A DNA stretch of 63,957 nt. Source: Actinomycetota bacterium (GTDB lineage Bacteria; Actinomycetota; UBA4738; HRBIN12). The position numbers and the translations under genes were made by a program. A model generated the notes under the pieces. That model was not told where the DNA came from. It did no database searches and worked only from the letters and a program-made list of their open reading frames with translations. Shown piece after piece: positions 9,970 through 21,261 of this stretch; position 1 is the stretch's first letter; each line of letters begins with the position of its first letter. The stretch spans positions 1 to 63,957 of the forward strand of contig DASUTU010000057.1 in NCBI GenBank assembly GCA_036374435.1, read 5' to 3'.

Positions 9970-10815
9970 TCACCGATCGGTCGAACCCAGCCTGGCCACG
10001 AGCACGGAGCAGGGGGCGTGGTGCGCGCAGTATTCGCTCACGCTGCCCAGCAGCACCCGCCGGACGCCCGAGACCCCCCGGTGCCCCACCACCAGCAGGT
10101 CGGTCTCGGTGCGCCCCACCGCCGCCACGAGCGCGTGTTCGGGACGTCCCATGGCCATCTCGCGAATGGGATCGGCGCCGAGCGCGGTGGCGGCGGCCAC
10201 CGCCGGTTCGAGCTCGGGCGGGTTCGGCTCGTCCTCCCGAAGGGTCCAGTCCCGGTCGTGGCCCCGGAACACCGGGACGACGTGGAGCACCCGGAGATCG
10301 CCCCCCGCCGCGGTCGCAAGGCCGGCGGCGAACGCGGCCGTGTCCGCCGAGGCATCGGACCCGTCCACGCCGCAGGTGATCCTGCGCGGGAAGCCGGCCC
10401 CGTCGGGCCGGGCGACCAGGACCGAGCACAGCGCCTCCCGCAGGACGTGCGCGGCCACCTGTCCGATCCGGAGCGCCCCGCCGATCAGGCCGGCGTCCGG
10501 ACCCAGGCAGAGCAGGTCCACCTCCTCCTCGGCGGCCTCCCCCACGAGCACCGCGCCGGGATCCCCGGCCAGGATGCGGGTCTCCGCCCGGACGTCGAGC
10601 TCGGCCGCCCGCCCCGCGGCCCGGGAGAGCACCTCCTCGGCCTCTCGCTCGACGTCGTCCGCGTGCGCTCGGCCGGTGTCCATGACATAGGCGATCTCGA
10701 GGCCCGCCCCGGTGATCGACGCCAGCCGGGCGGCCTGGCGGACGGCTTCCATGGAACGCTCGGAGCCGTCGGCCCCGGCGAGGATCCGTTCGAGGTGATG
10801 ATCGCCGAACGTCAA
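9970..10815 (-). CDS. Universal stress protein (tandem USP domains)
   Basis: Two USP repeats: RILAGADGSERS and RITCGVDGSDAS...LVVGHRG...LLGSVSEYCAHHAPCSVLV; TTG start overlaps the stop of the upstream CBS gene. Confidence 0.85.
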   Translation of the reverse strand: MTFGDHHLERILAGADGSERSMEAVRQAARLASITGAGLEIAYVMDTGRAHADDVEREAEEVLSRAAGRAAELDVRAETRILAGDPGAVLVGEAAEEEVDLLCLGPDAGLIGGALRIGQVAAHVLREALCSVLVARPDGAGFPRRITCGVDGSDASADTAAFAAGLATAAGGDLRVLHVVPVFRGHDRDWTLREDEPNPPELEPAVAAATALGADPIREMAMGRPEHALVAAVGRTETDLLVVGHRGVSGVRRVLLGSVSEYCAHHAPCSVLVARLGSTDR

Positions 10816-11522
10816 CGACGGGCCTTCGGCGCGAGCGCCGTCCAGGGCAATGGGAGGCCCGTGGACGGTGCTCTGTCGTCGGCCACGTAGGAAAGCTCGT
10901 GTTCGAAGGCGACCACGCCTTCGATCGAGAGCACGAGCCGCTCGATCACCGGGATCAGGCTCCGGCGCTCCACCTGTCCTTGGATCGTGACGACGCCGTC
11001 GCGGACCACGACGCGGATCGTATCGGGATCGATCCACAACGTCCGGCGGATGACGTCGTCTCGGATCTCGGTGGCGATCTCGGCGTCGTCGCGCAGGAAC
11101 ACCTTCAACAGGTCCGTGCGCGAGACGATGCCGAGGATGGTGCCGGCTTCGGGATCGACCACCGGGAGTCGCTTGACGGTTCGCTGGTGCATCAGGCGCG
11201 CCGCCTCAGCGAGCGAGGCATTCGGTCCTACGGTGATCACCGGCACGGTCATGAGCTCTGAGGCGATCAGCCCGGCGGCTTTCGAACGATCGTGCCGGCG
11301 GTGAACGCTCTCGAACAGGCGAGGATCACCGTCCAGGTCGGGGTCCTCCTTGAGGATCAAGTCCCCCTCCGACACGAGCCCGAGCACGTGGTCGTCCTCG
11401 TCCACGACGGGGACGGCGCTCACCCGGTGCTCCTGCATCAGCCGCACGATGTCCTTGAACGGCGTGAAGGCGTTCACGGACACGACGGCCCGGGTCATCA
11501 CATCCGACACCGCCCGCTTCAT
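10812..11522 (-). CDS. CBS-pair plus BON domain protein
   Basis: VSDVMTRAVVSV, VSAVPVVD, VKRLPVVD, GIVSRTDLL; C-terminal BON (VVVRDGVVTIQGQV); SD GGAAGGAG upstream of ATG 11522. Confidence 0.9.
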   Translation of the reverse strand: MKRAVSDVMTRAVVSVNAFTPFKDIVRLMQEHRVSAVPVVDEDDHVLGLVSEGDLILKEDPDLDGDPRLFESVHRRHDRSKAAGLIASELMTVPVITVGPNASLAEAARLMHQRTVKRLPVVDPEAGTILGIVSRTDLLKVFLRDDAEIATEIRDDVIRRTLWIDPDTIRVVVRDGVVTIQGQVERRSLIPVIERLVLSIEGVVAFEHELSYVADDRAPSTGLPLPWTALAPKARR

Positions 11523-11701
11523 CGTCCGTCTCTCCTTCCGGTCCGGCAGGTGCACGTGCCCCCAACGCCGCCAACCTAGGCGAGGACACCGCGGCTCCCC
11601 ACGGCCGGACGTCCCGGACGCGAACGGGCCCTCACCCAGCGCCGGATGGGCCGGTTGGACCGACCCCGTCGAGGCCTCCTCGGGCGCGTTACCCTCCGAT
11701 C

Positions 11702-13303
11702 GTGGATCGGAGGGACCGTCTCATCCGCGCCGGGATGACGCTGCACTCGGACCTCAGCCTGGAGGCCGTCCTGCAGCGTCTCGTCGAGGCCGCCGCCGAG
11801 CTCACGGACGCCCAATACGGGGCCCTTGGGGTGCTCGGGGCGGACGGTGGGATCGCCGAGTTCGTGACGACGGGGATCACTCCCGAGCAACGGGAGAAGA
11901 TCGGGGACCCCCCCACCGGACACGGGATCCTCGGTCTCCTGATCTCGGATGCGAGGGCGGTACGGATCCGCCGGATCGCGGACCATCCACTTTCGTACGG
12001 ATTCCCACCGAACCATCCCCCCATGATCTCGTTCCTCGGCGCGCCGGTCACCGCGCGGGGAAAGGTGTACGGGAACCTGTACCTGACCAACAAACAAGGG
12101 GCCGAGGAGTTCAGCTCCGAGGACGAGGAGGCCCTCGTCGTCCTGGCGGCGCAGGCGGGCGTGGCGGTCGCGAACGCCAGGCTGTACGAGGAATCTCGCA
12201 GCCGGCAGCGGTGGCTCGAGGCCTCCACGGAGATCGCCAACGCCATCCTCTCCGGGTCCCAACCGGACGAGGCGCTGGCGCTCGTGGGCGCCCGGGCGCG
12301 CGAGCTCCTGGCGGCCGACCTCACCTGGATCGTGACGCCGGAGGCGGCCGGTCCGCTGCGGGTGGCATTCGCGGAGGGCGACGCCGCCGAGACGATCCTC
12401 GGCCTGCCGCTTCCGCTTGAGGACTCGATCTCGGGCGAGGTGGTACGCACGGGGAGTCCCCTCGCCCTCGAAGACGCGAGGCAGGACGAGCGCGCGTTCC
12501 GGCCGCTCATCGACGCTGGCAAGATCGGTCCGGCCGTCTACGTGCCGCTGACGGCGCACGGGCGGGCGTTCGGCACGTTGGCCGCGGCCCGGGAGCCCGG
12601 AGGGCGCCCGTTCGACGAAGAGGCGATCCGCCTGCTCGGATCGTTCGCCGATCAGGCCGCCATCGCGCTCGAATACGCGCGGGCCCAGCAGGAGATCGAA
12701 CGCCTGGCGGTGCTGGAGGACCGCGAGCGGATCGCCAAGGAGCTGCACGACGGGGTCATCCAGGCGTTGTTCGCCGTCGGGATGGGGCTGCAGGGGACGG
12801 CGCTCATGTCGGCCGACGAGGAGCTCTCGGCCCGGGTCGAGGGCGCCGTTGCCGAGCTCGATCGCGTGATCCGCGATCTGCGCAACTACATCTTCGGCCT
12901 GCGGCCCGGGATCCTCGCCGACCGGCAGCTCGACAAGGCGCTGCGGGCCCTGGTGGAGGAGTTCCAGAGCCGCAGCGGGGTGGTGACGATCATCGAGCTG
13001 GACGAGACGATCGCCTCGGAGCTCTCGACCGTGGCCGCCGACGTGGTCCAGCTCACCCGCGAGGCGTTGTCGAATGTCGGCCGGCACGCGAAGGCCTCGA
13101 CCTGCCGGGTTTCGCTGACCCAGACCGACGGGTTCGCCCTCCTTGAGGTGGACGACGACGGCGGCGGGTTCGACACGGCCACCGCCCGGCGTGGCGAGGG
13201 GCTCAGGAACCTCGAGGAACGGGCCGTGGCCCTGGGCGGCGAGGCCTCGATCGAGTCCGTCCCCACCCAGGGAACCACGGTGCGGGTCCGGCTCCCCCTG
13301 TAA
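11702..13303 (+). CDS. GAF-GAF sensor histidine kinase, DevS/DosS/DosT-like (HisKA_3)
   Basis: GAF-A with GFPPNHPPMISFLG (heme-ligand His motif of DosS), second GAF, RERIAKELHDGVIQ H-box, EALSNVGRHA, DDDGGGF, GEGLRNL. Confidence 0.9.
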   Translation: MDRRDRLIRAGMTLHSDLSLEAVLQRLVEAAAELTDAQYGALGVLGADGGIAEFVTTGITPEQREKIGDPPTGHGILGLLISDARAVRIRRIADHPLSYGFPPNHPPMISFLGAPVTARGKVYGNLYLTNKQGAEEFSSEDEEALVVLAAQAGVAVANARLYEESRSRQRWLEASTEIANAILSGSQPDEALALVGARARELLAADLTWIVTPEAAGPLRVAFAEGDAAETILGLPLPLEDSISGEVVRTGSPLALEDARQDERAFRPLIDAGKIGPAVYVPLTAHGRAFGTLAAAREPGGRPFDEEAIRLLGSFADQAAIALEYARAQQEIERLAVLEDRERIAKELHDGVIQALFAVGMGLQGTALMSADEELSARVEGAVAELDRVIRDLRNYIFGLRPGILADRQLDKALRALVEEFQSRSGVVTIIELDETIASELSTVAADVVQLTREALSNVGRHAKASTCRVSLTQTDGFALLEVDDDGGGFDTATARRGEGLRNLEERAVALGGEASIESVPTQGTTVRVRLPL

Positions 13304-13309
13304 CCGGCG

Positions 13310-14662
13310 CTACTGGACCACCAGGGCGGTCACCATCCCGTACATGCCCTGCGGCCCCTCGACGTGCGGCAGGATGTGGCAGTGGTAGGCCCACACCCCC
13401 GGGTAGTCGGCCTTCAGGTACACGTCGAAGCGCTGGCCGGGCGCCACCGTCAACGTGTCGGAGAGGTACCGCTGCGACGGTCGAAGGGCGAAGCCGTCGA
13501 CCGCCACGACCTCGAAGTGGTAGCCGTGCAGGTGCATGGGGTGGAGCTGGGCCCCGTCGTTTGACAGGTGGATGAGGACGCCATCGCCCTGCTCGGCCAC
13601 GATCGGCTGGGTCGCCGGGAACTCCTTGCCGTTGAGCACGTACCCAGTCGGACCGTCCCCGAGGAACAGCGTGGCCTCGACGTCCACGGGGCGCCCGTAC
13701 AGCTCGCCCCAGTCGTCGTGGTCTGGCTGCACGTAGAAGGCGCCGTACAGGCCCTTGCCCACCTGCTCCGTCGAGTTGAAGTGCGAGTGGTAGACGTACA
13801 TTCCCGGCGGGTCCACGACCTCGAACTCGTAGGTGAAGAACCCGCCCGGCATGATGGGGTCCTGCGTGATGTACGGGACGCCGTCCATCCCGTTGGGGAG
13901 CGTGACGCCGTGCAGGTGCATCGTGGTGGGCTCGGACATCTCGTTGCGCAGGACGATCCGGACCGTATCTCCCTGGTTCACGCGGATCTCCGGACCCGGG
14001 ACGGTGCCGTTGAAGCCCATCGCCTCCACGAACGTCCCGGGCTTGGTCTCCCAGCGCACCTCTTCGGCGGTGAGCTCGAACACCTGCACCCCGCCCTCGA
14101 CGGTGGGCTCCAGCAGCTGGTTGCCGAGCGCCTCGGTCTCGGCGGGGAACGCCTCGACGCCTTCGCGGTGCCCGTCCAGCATCTCCTGGACGGAGACGGC
14201 GCCGTGGGACCCGTGGCCACCGGTCGCGCCGCTCGCCCCGGCCGCGACGTCTCCGGACGCACCGACGTTCAGCTCGCCGTCCATGCCGAGGTCGGCGTGA
14301 CCGGAGATCGAGCAGAAGATGCGGTACGAGCCCGGCTCGAGCGACGGTACCAGCAGCGTCCGGGTTTCGCCGGCCTGGATGTCGCCGGTGGTCTCGACGC
14401 CGCCGCCGGTGTCCACGGAGAGGTCGTGGGGGGCCGAGCCCTCGTTGCTCACCGTGAACGTGAGCTCCTCCCCGGCGGGCGCCTCGATGACGTCCGGGGT
14501 GATCGCGAACTCGGTGAGGGTCACGGAGAGCGCCGCCGCGGCGGCCTGGTCGCCGTCTCCCCCTCCGCCCGACGCCTCGGCGCCGCCGCCACAGGCGGCC
14601 GCGAGCACCGTCAGCGCGAGCAGGGCGACGGCCAGGGCCGCCCCAGGAACACGCGTGGTCAT
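13310..14662 (-). CDS. Lipoprotein multicopper oxidase: N-terminal cupredoxin fused to a two-domain MCO
   Basis: Lipobox LAAAC; cupredoxin H...CSISGH...M; domain 1 HLHG and YHSH; domain 2 HPMHLHG and YHCHILPH...M; SD GGAGGG 6 nt before ATG 14662. Confidence 0.88.
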   Translation of the reverse strand: MTTRVPGAALAVALLALTVLAAACGGGAEASGGGGDGDQAAAAALSVTLTEFAITPDVIEAPAGEELTFTVSNEGSAPHDLSVDTGGGVETTGDIQAGETRTLLVPSLEPGSYRIFCSISGHADLGMDGELNVGASGDVAAGASGATGGHGSHGAVSVQEMLDGHREGVEAFPAETEALGNQLLEPTVEGGVQVFELTAEEVRWETKPGTFVEAMGFNGTVPGPEIRVNQGDTVRIVLRNEMSEPTTMHLHGVTLPNGMDGVPYITQDPIMPGGFFTYEFEVVDPPGMYVYHSHFNSTEQVGKGLYGAFYVQPDHDDWGELYGRPVDVEATLFLGDGPTGYVLNGKEFPATQPIVAEQGDGVLIHLSNDGAQLHPMHLHGYHFEVVAVDGFALRPSQRYLSDTLTVAPGQRFDVYLKADYPGVWAYHCHILPHVEGPQGMYGMVTALVVQ

Positions 14663-14759
14663 TGCCATCCCTCCTGTCGGGTGTCCATGCGCACCGATGA
14701 CAAGGCTGCATGGAACGGGACCGGCCAAGGCGCGACCAGGCCGGAAGTCCCGCCGCCGG

Positions 14760-15173
14760 CTACCCGGAAGTCCCGGACCCCGGGGTCAGCCGCCGGACGG
14801 CGGTCAGGAGCTCGTCGCGGTCGGGATGGCGCCGCAGCCGCACCAGCTGACCGGGCACCTCACCACCGGGGTGGGAGCCGAGCACGACCACGCGGTGGCC
14901 GCCCATCAGGTACAGGCCGAGCAGCTCCTCCGCCGCCGTTCCCATCACCACCGACTCGCTGTCGAGGCTCATGTCCAGGACCACGACCTGACTCTCGGCC
15001 GCGAGGGGGCACGCCCCTCCTCGCGCGCCGACACACGTGTAGTCGGGTTCGGTCGGACCCGGGCACTCCGCGACCTGGTAACCGGCGCGTTCCAACCACG
15101 AACCCAACCGGGCCCGCTCGAACTGGTCGGCCTCCACGACGAGGACGGTGTCCTCGCCTGCCCCCATGGTCAT
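14760..15173 (-). CDS. Atypical receiver-like protein with a Cys-rich insertion
   Basis: VLVVEAD...WLERAGYQV and VVVLD resemble a REC fold; insert CPGP-x5-C-x6-CPL. Confidence 0.65.
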   Translation of the reverse strand: MTMGAGEDTVLVVEADQFERARLGSWLERAGYQVAECPGPTEPDYTCVGARGGACPLAAESQVVVLDMSLDSESVVMGTAAEELLGLYLMGGHRVVVLGSHPGGEVPGQLVRLRRHPDRDELLTAVRRLTPGSGTSG

Positions 15174-15232
15174 CGGGTTCAGGATGCGCCGACCACCCGG
15201 CCCGGGTCCCAGGCTCCAAGTCCCAACCCCGT

Positions 15233-15248
15233 GGGGTCGTTCGGCCCT
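15233..15248. promoter_or_regulatory. Candidate DevR/DosR-type box
   Basis: GGGGTCGTTCGGCCCT fits GGGNC-N4-GNCCC and is 15/16 identical to the reverse complement of 16476-16491; lies between the divergent 15173 and 15284 starts. Confidence 0.6.
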
Positions 15249-15283
15249 GAGGACCTCTTCGAACGCTCACGCATCCTGGCCGC

Positions 15284-15754
15284 ATGTTCGTTCGCTACTT
15301 CCTGGAGCTGCCCGTTCCGGCGGGGACGGTCGAGAAGGCGCTGCTCGACCATCCGGACGCCTGGGTCCCCGGGTTGCTTCGGGCCGCCGAAGATCGCGGG
15401 CAACACCTGCTGGCCGAGGTGGGGTTCGACGTCGAGCCGGGGCGCATCGACAAGCAGGTCGTGATCCGGCTGGGCTCGGTCTATCACACGCCCTCGAAGA
15501 CTCTGCTGCCGATGACGTGGCGAGCCACCGGCCTGGAGCGACTGTTCCCGCAGCTCGACGCCGATCTCGAGGTGGCCACCCTCGGGCCCGCCCGGACCCA
15601 GCTCTCGATCAGCGCCCGGTACCGACCGCCCATGGGCGCCCTGGGCCGCACCCTGGACCGGGCCCTCCTGCACCGGGTCGCCGAGGCGACCGTCAAAGAC
15701 TTCCTGGACCGCGTGGGGGAACGTCTGATCGCTCACGAGACCACCACCGCCTGA
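15284..15754 (+). CDS. Hypothetical protein, possibly SRPBCC/helix-grip-like
   Basis: Clean 156-aa ORF with strong codon usage, LFPQLDADLEVA...YRPP motif; directly upstream of the DevR-like gene. Confidence 0.7.
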   Translation: MFVRYFLELPVPAGTVEKALLDHPDAWVPGLLRAAEDRGQHLLAEVGFDVEPGRIDKQVVIRLGSVYHTPSKTLLPMTWRATGLERLFPQLDADLEVATLGPARTQLSISARYRPPMGALGRTLDRALLHRVAEATVKDFLDRVGERLIAHETTTA

Positions 15755-15770
15755 GCGGTAGGATGCGCCC

Positions 15771-16451
15771 GTGACCGAGAAGGCCACCAAGACGCCGCCG
15801 CTGCGCGTGCTGCTGGTCGACGACCACGAGGTGGTTCGCAGCGGCGTGAAGGCACTGTTGCAGTCCACCGAGGACATCGTCGTGACCGCCGAGGCAGGCT
15901 CGATCCGCGAGGCGGTGGACGAGGCCGATCGCACCCGCCCCGACGTCGTGGTCATGGATGTCCGGCTGGCCGACGGCAGCGGCATCGAGGCCACCCGGGA
16001 GATCCGGGCCCGGCACCCCAAGACCCAGGTGGTGATGTTGACCTCGTTCGCCGACGACGAGGCCCTCTTCGCCTCCATCATGGCCGGCGCGTCCGGCTAC
16101 GTGCTCAAGCAGGTCAAAGGCGGCGAGTTGGTGCGGGCCATCCGGACCATCGGGAAAGGCGAGAGCCTGCTCGACCCGGCCGTGACCAACGCCGTGCTGG
16201 ACCGGCTGCGGCGGGGCAAACACCTGCTCAAGGACGAGAAGCTGGCCCGGCTGTCGCCCCAGGAGGAGCGGATCCTGTCCCTGGTCGCCGACGGCAAGAC
16301 CAACAAGGAGATCGGCGACGAGCTGAACCTGGCCGAGAAGACCGTCAAGAACTACGTCTCGAGCATCCTGTCCAAGCTCGAGGTGGCCCGCCGGGCCGAG
16401 GCCGCCGCGTACCTGGCGCGGCACACCACCACTCCCGGCACGCAGGGCTGA
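15771..16451 (+). CDS. NarL/LuxR-family response regulator, DevR/DosR-like
   Basis: LLVDDHEVVR, VVVMDVRL, LTSFADDEAL, GYVLK, C-terminal HTH GKTNKEIG...AEKTVKNYVSSILSKL. Confidence 0.93.
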   Translation: MTEKATKTPPLRVLLVDDHEVVRSGVKALLQSTEDIVVTAEAGSIREAVDEADRTRPDVVVMDVRLADGSGIEATREIRARHPKTQVVMLTSFADDEALFASIMAGASGYVLKQVKGGELVRAIRTIGKGESLLDPAVTNAVLDRLRRGKHLLKDEKLARLSPQEERILSLVADGKTNKEIGDELNLAEKTVKNYVSSILSKLEVARRAEAAAYLARHTTTPGTQG

Positions 16452-16475
16452 GCGGGCCGGCGGAACCCCCCGAGG

Positions 16476-16491
16476 GGGGCCGAACGACCCC
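16476..16491. promoter_or_regulatory. Candidate DevR/DosR-type box upstream of PFOR
   Basis: GGGGCCGAACGACCCC near-palindrome about 70 nt before the nifJ ATG; nearly identical to the 15233 site. Confidence 0.6.
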
Positions 16492-16562
16492 GGCCCGGGG
16501 CTCGCCCACGCGAAAGCATGGTTCCGGAACCTGCCGATCTTGGCCTGGCGTGGGGTGAGCCG

Positions 16563-20179
<3,617 letters not shown>

Positions 20180-20183
<4 letters not shown>

Positions 20184-21217
20184 CCGCGAACCTGCGGACC
20201 AGGTACCTGGGGCTCGAGCTGTCCAACCCCGTCGTGCCGTCGGCATCGACCCTGTCCTCCCGCATCGACAACCTGAAGCGCCTGGAGGCGGCCGGGGCGT
20301 CGGCGGTCGTCATGCAGTCCTTGTTCGAGGAGCAGATCGAGCACGAGGAGATCCAGATCCATCGGATGCTCGAGACCGGCGTGGACAGCTTCCCCGAGGC
20401 GTTGACGCACGTCCCAGACCTCGGCGATTACAACACGGGCCCGGACGAGTACCTGCGGCATCTCGAGGCCTGCAAGAAGGAGCTGACCATCCCCGTGATC
20501 GGCTCGCTGAACGGCTCCAGCGAGGGCGGCTGGCTCCGGTACGCGAGGATGATCCAGGAGGCCGGCGCGGACGCGCTCGAGCTGAACGTGTACGTGATCG
20601 CCGCCGACCCCGGGGTGAGCGGCTCGGAGATCGAGCGGCGGTACGTCGACCTGGTCTCGGCGGTCCGCCAAACCGTCACGATCCCGCTCGCCGTGAAGAT
20701 CGGACCGTACTTCTCCTCGGTCGGCAACGTGGCCCGTCAGCTCGTCGACGCCGGGGCCGACGGACTCGTGTTGTTCAACCGGTTCCTTCAGCCGGACATC
20801 GACCTCGAGTCACTCGAGGTCGATCCCGCGTTGCACCTGTCGACGTCGGAGGAGGTCCGACTCCCGTTGCGGTGGATCGCCATCTTGTTCGGGCGGGTGA
20901 ACTGCTCGCTCGCCGCGACCACCGGCGTGCACACGTGGGAGGACGCGGTCAAGCTCCTGCTGGCCGGCGCGGACGTGACGATGATGGCATCCGCTCTGTT
21001 CCGGCACGGCCCCGAACACCTTCAGACCGTCCTGACCGGCCTGCGGACCTGGTTGGACGAGTACGGCTACGAGTCGGTCGAGCAGCTCAAGGGCAGCGTC
21101 AGCCAGATGAACGTGGCCGACCCTTCCGCGTTCGCGCGAGCGAACTACATGGAGATGCTGGTCAACTACTCGAGCCCGTACGACTGGCGCGAGATCCCGG
21201 GTAGCGTGCAGGCGTAG
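20180..21217 (+). CDS. Dihydroorotate dehydrogenase-like FMN protein (PFOR-associated)
   Basis: YLGLELSNP, SLFEEQI, PVIGSLNG, ALELNVY, LVLFNRF, ATTGVH; ATGA overlap with nifJ. Confidence 0.88.
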
Positions 21218-21261
21218 CGGCTCAGCCGCGAACGGCCTGCCGGGCGGGCTCGCCGGTTAGG

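Noticed and set aside
9970-11037. 355-aa extended USP ORF from the ORF track
   Set aside because: The N-terminal 74 codons overlap the CBS-BON gene; the TTG at 10815 coupled to the CBS stop fits the domain boundary
13310-14662. Copper nitrite reductase NirK
   Set aside because: NirK has its T1 site in domain 1, whereas here domain 1 lacks the Cys and domain 2 carries the MCO HPMHLH/HCH trinuclear motifs
14741-14774. Direct repeat CCGGAAGTCCC twice
   Set aside because: The second copy lies inside the 3' end of the receiver-like gene; only two copies, so not an array, and the first is counted as a possible DevR-like site
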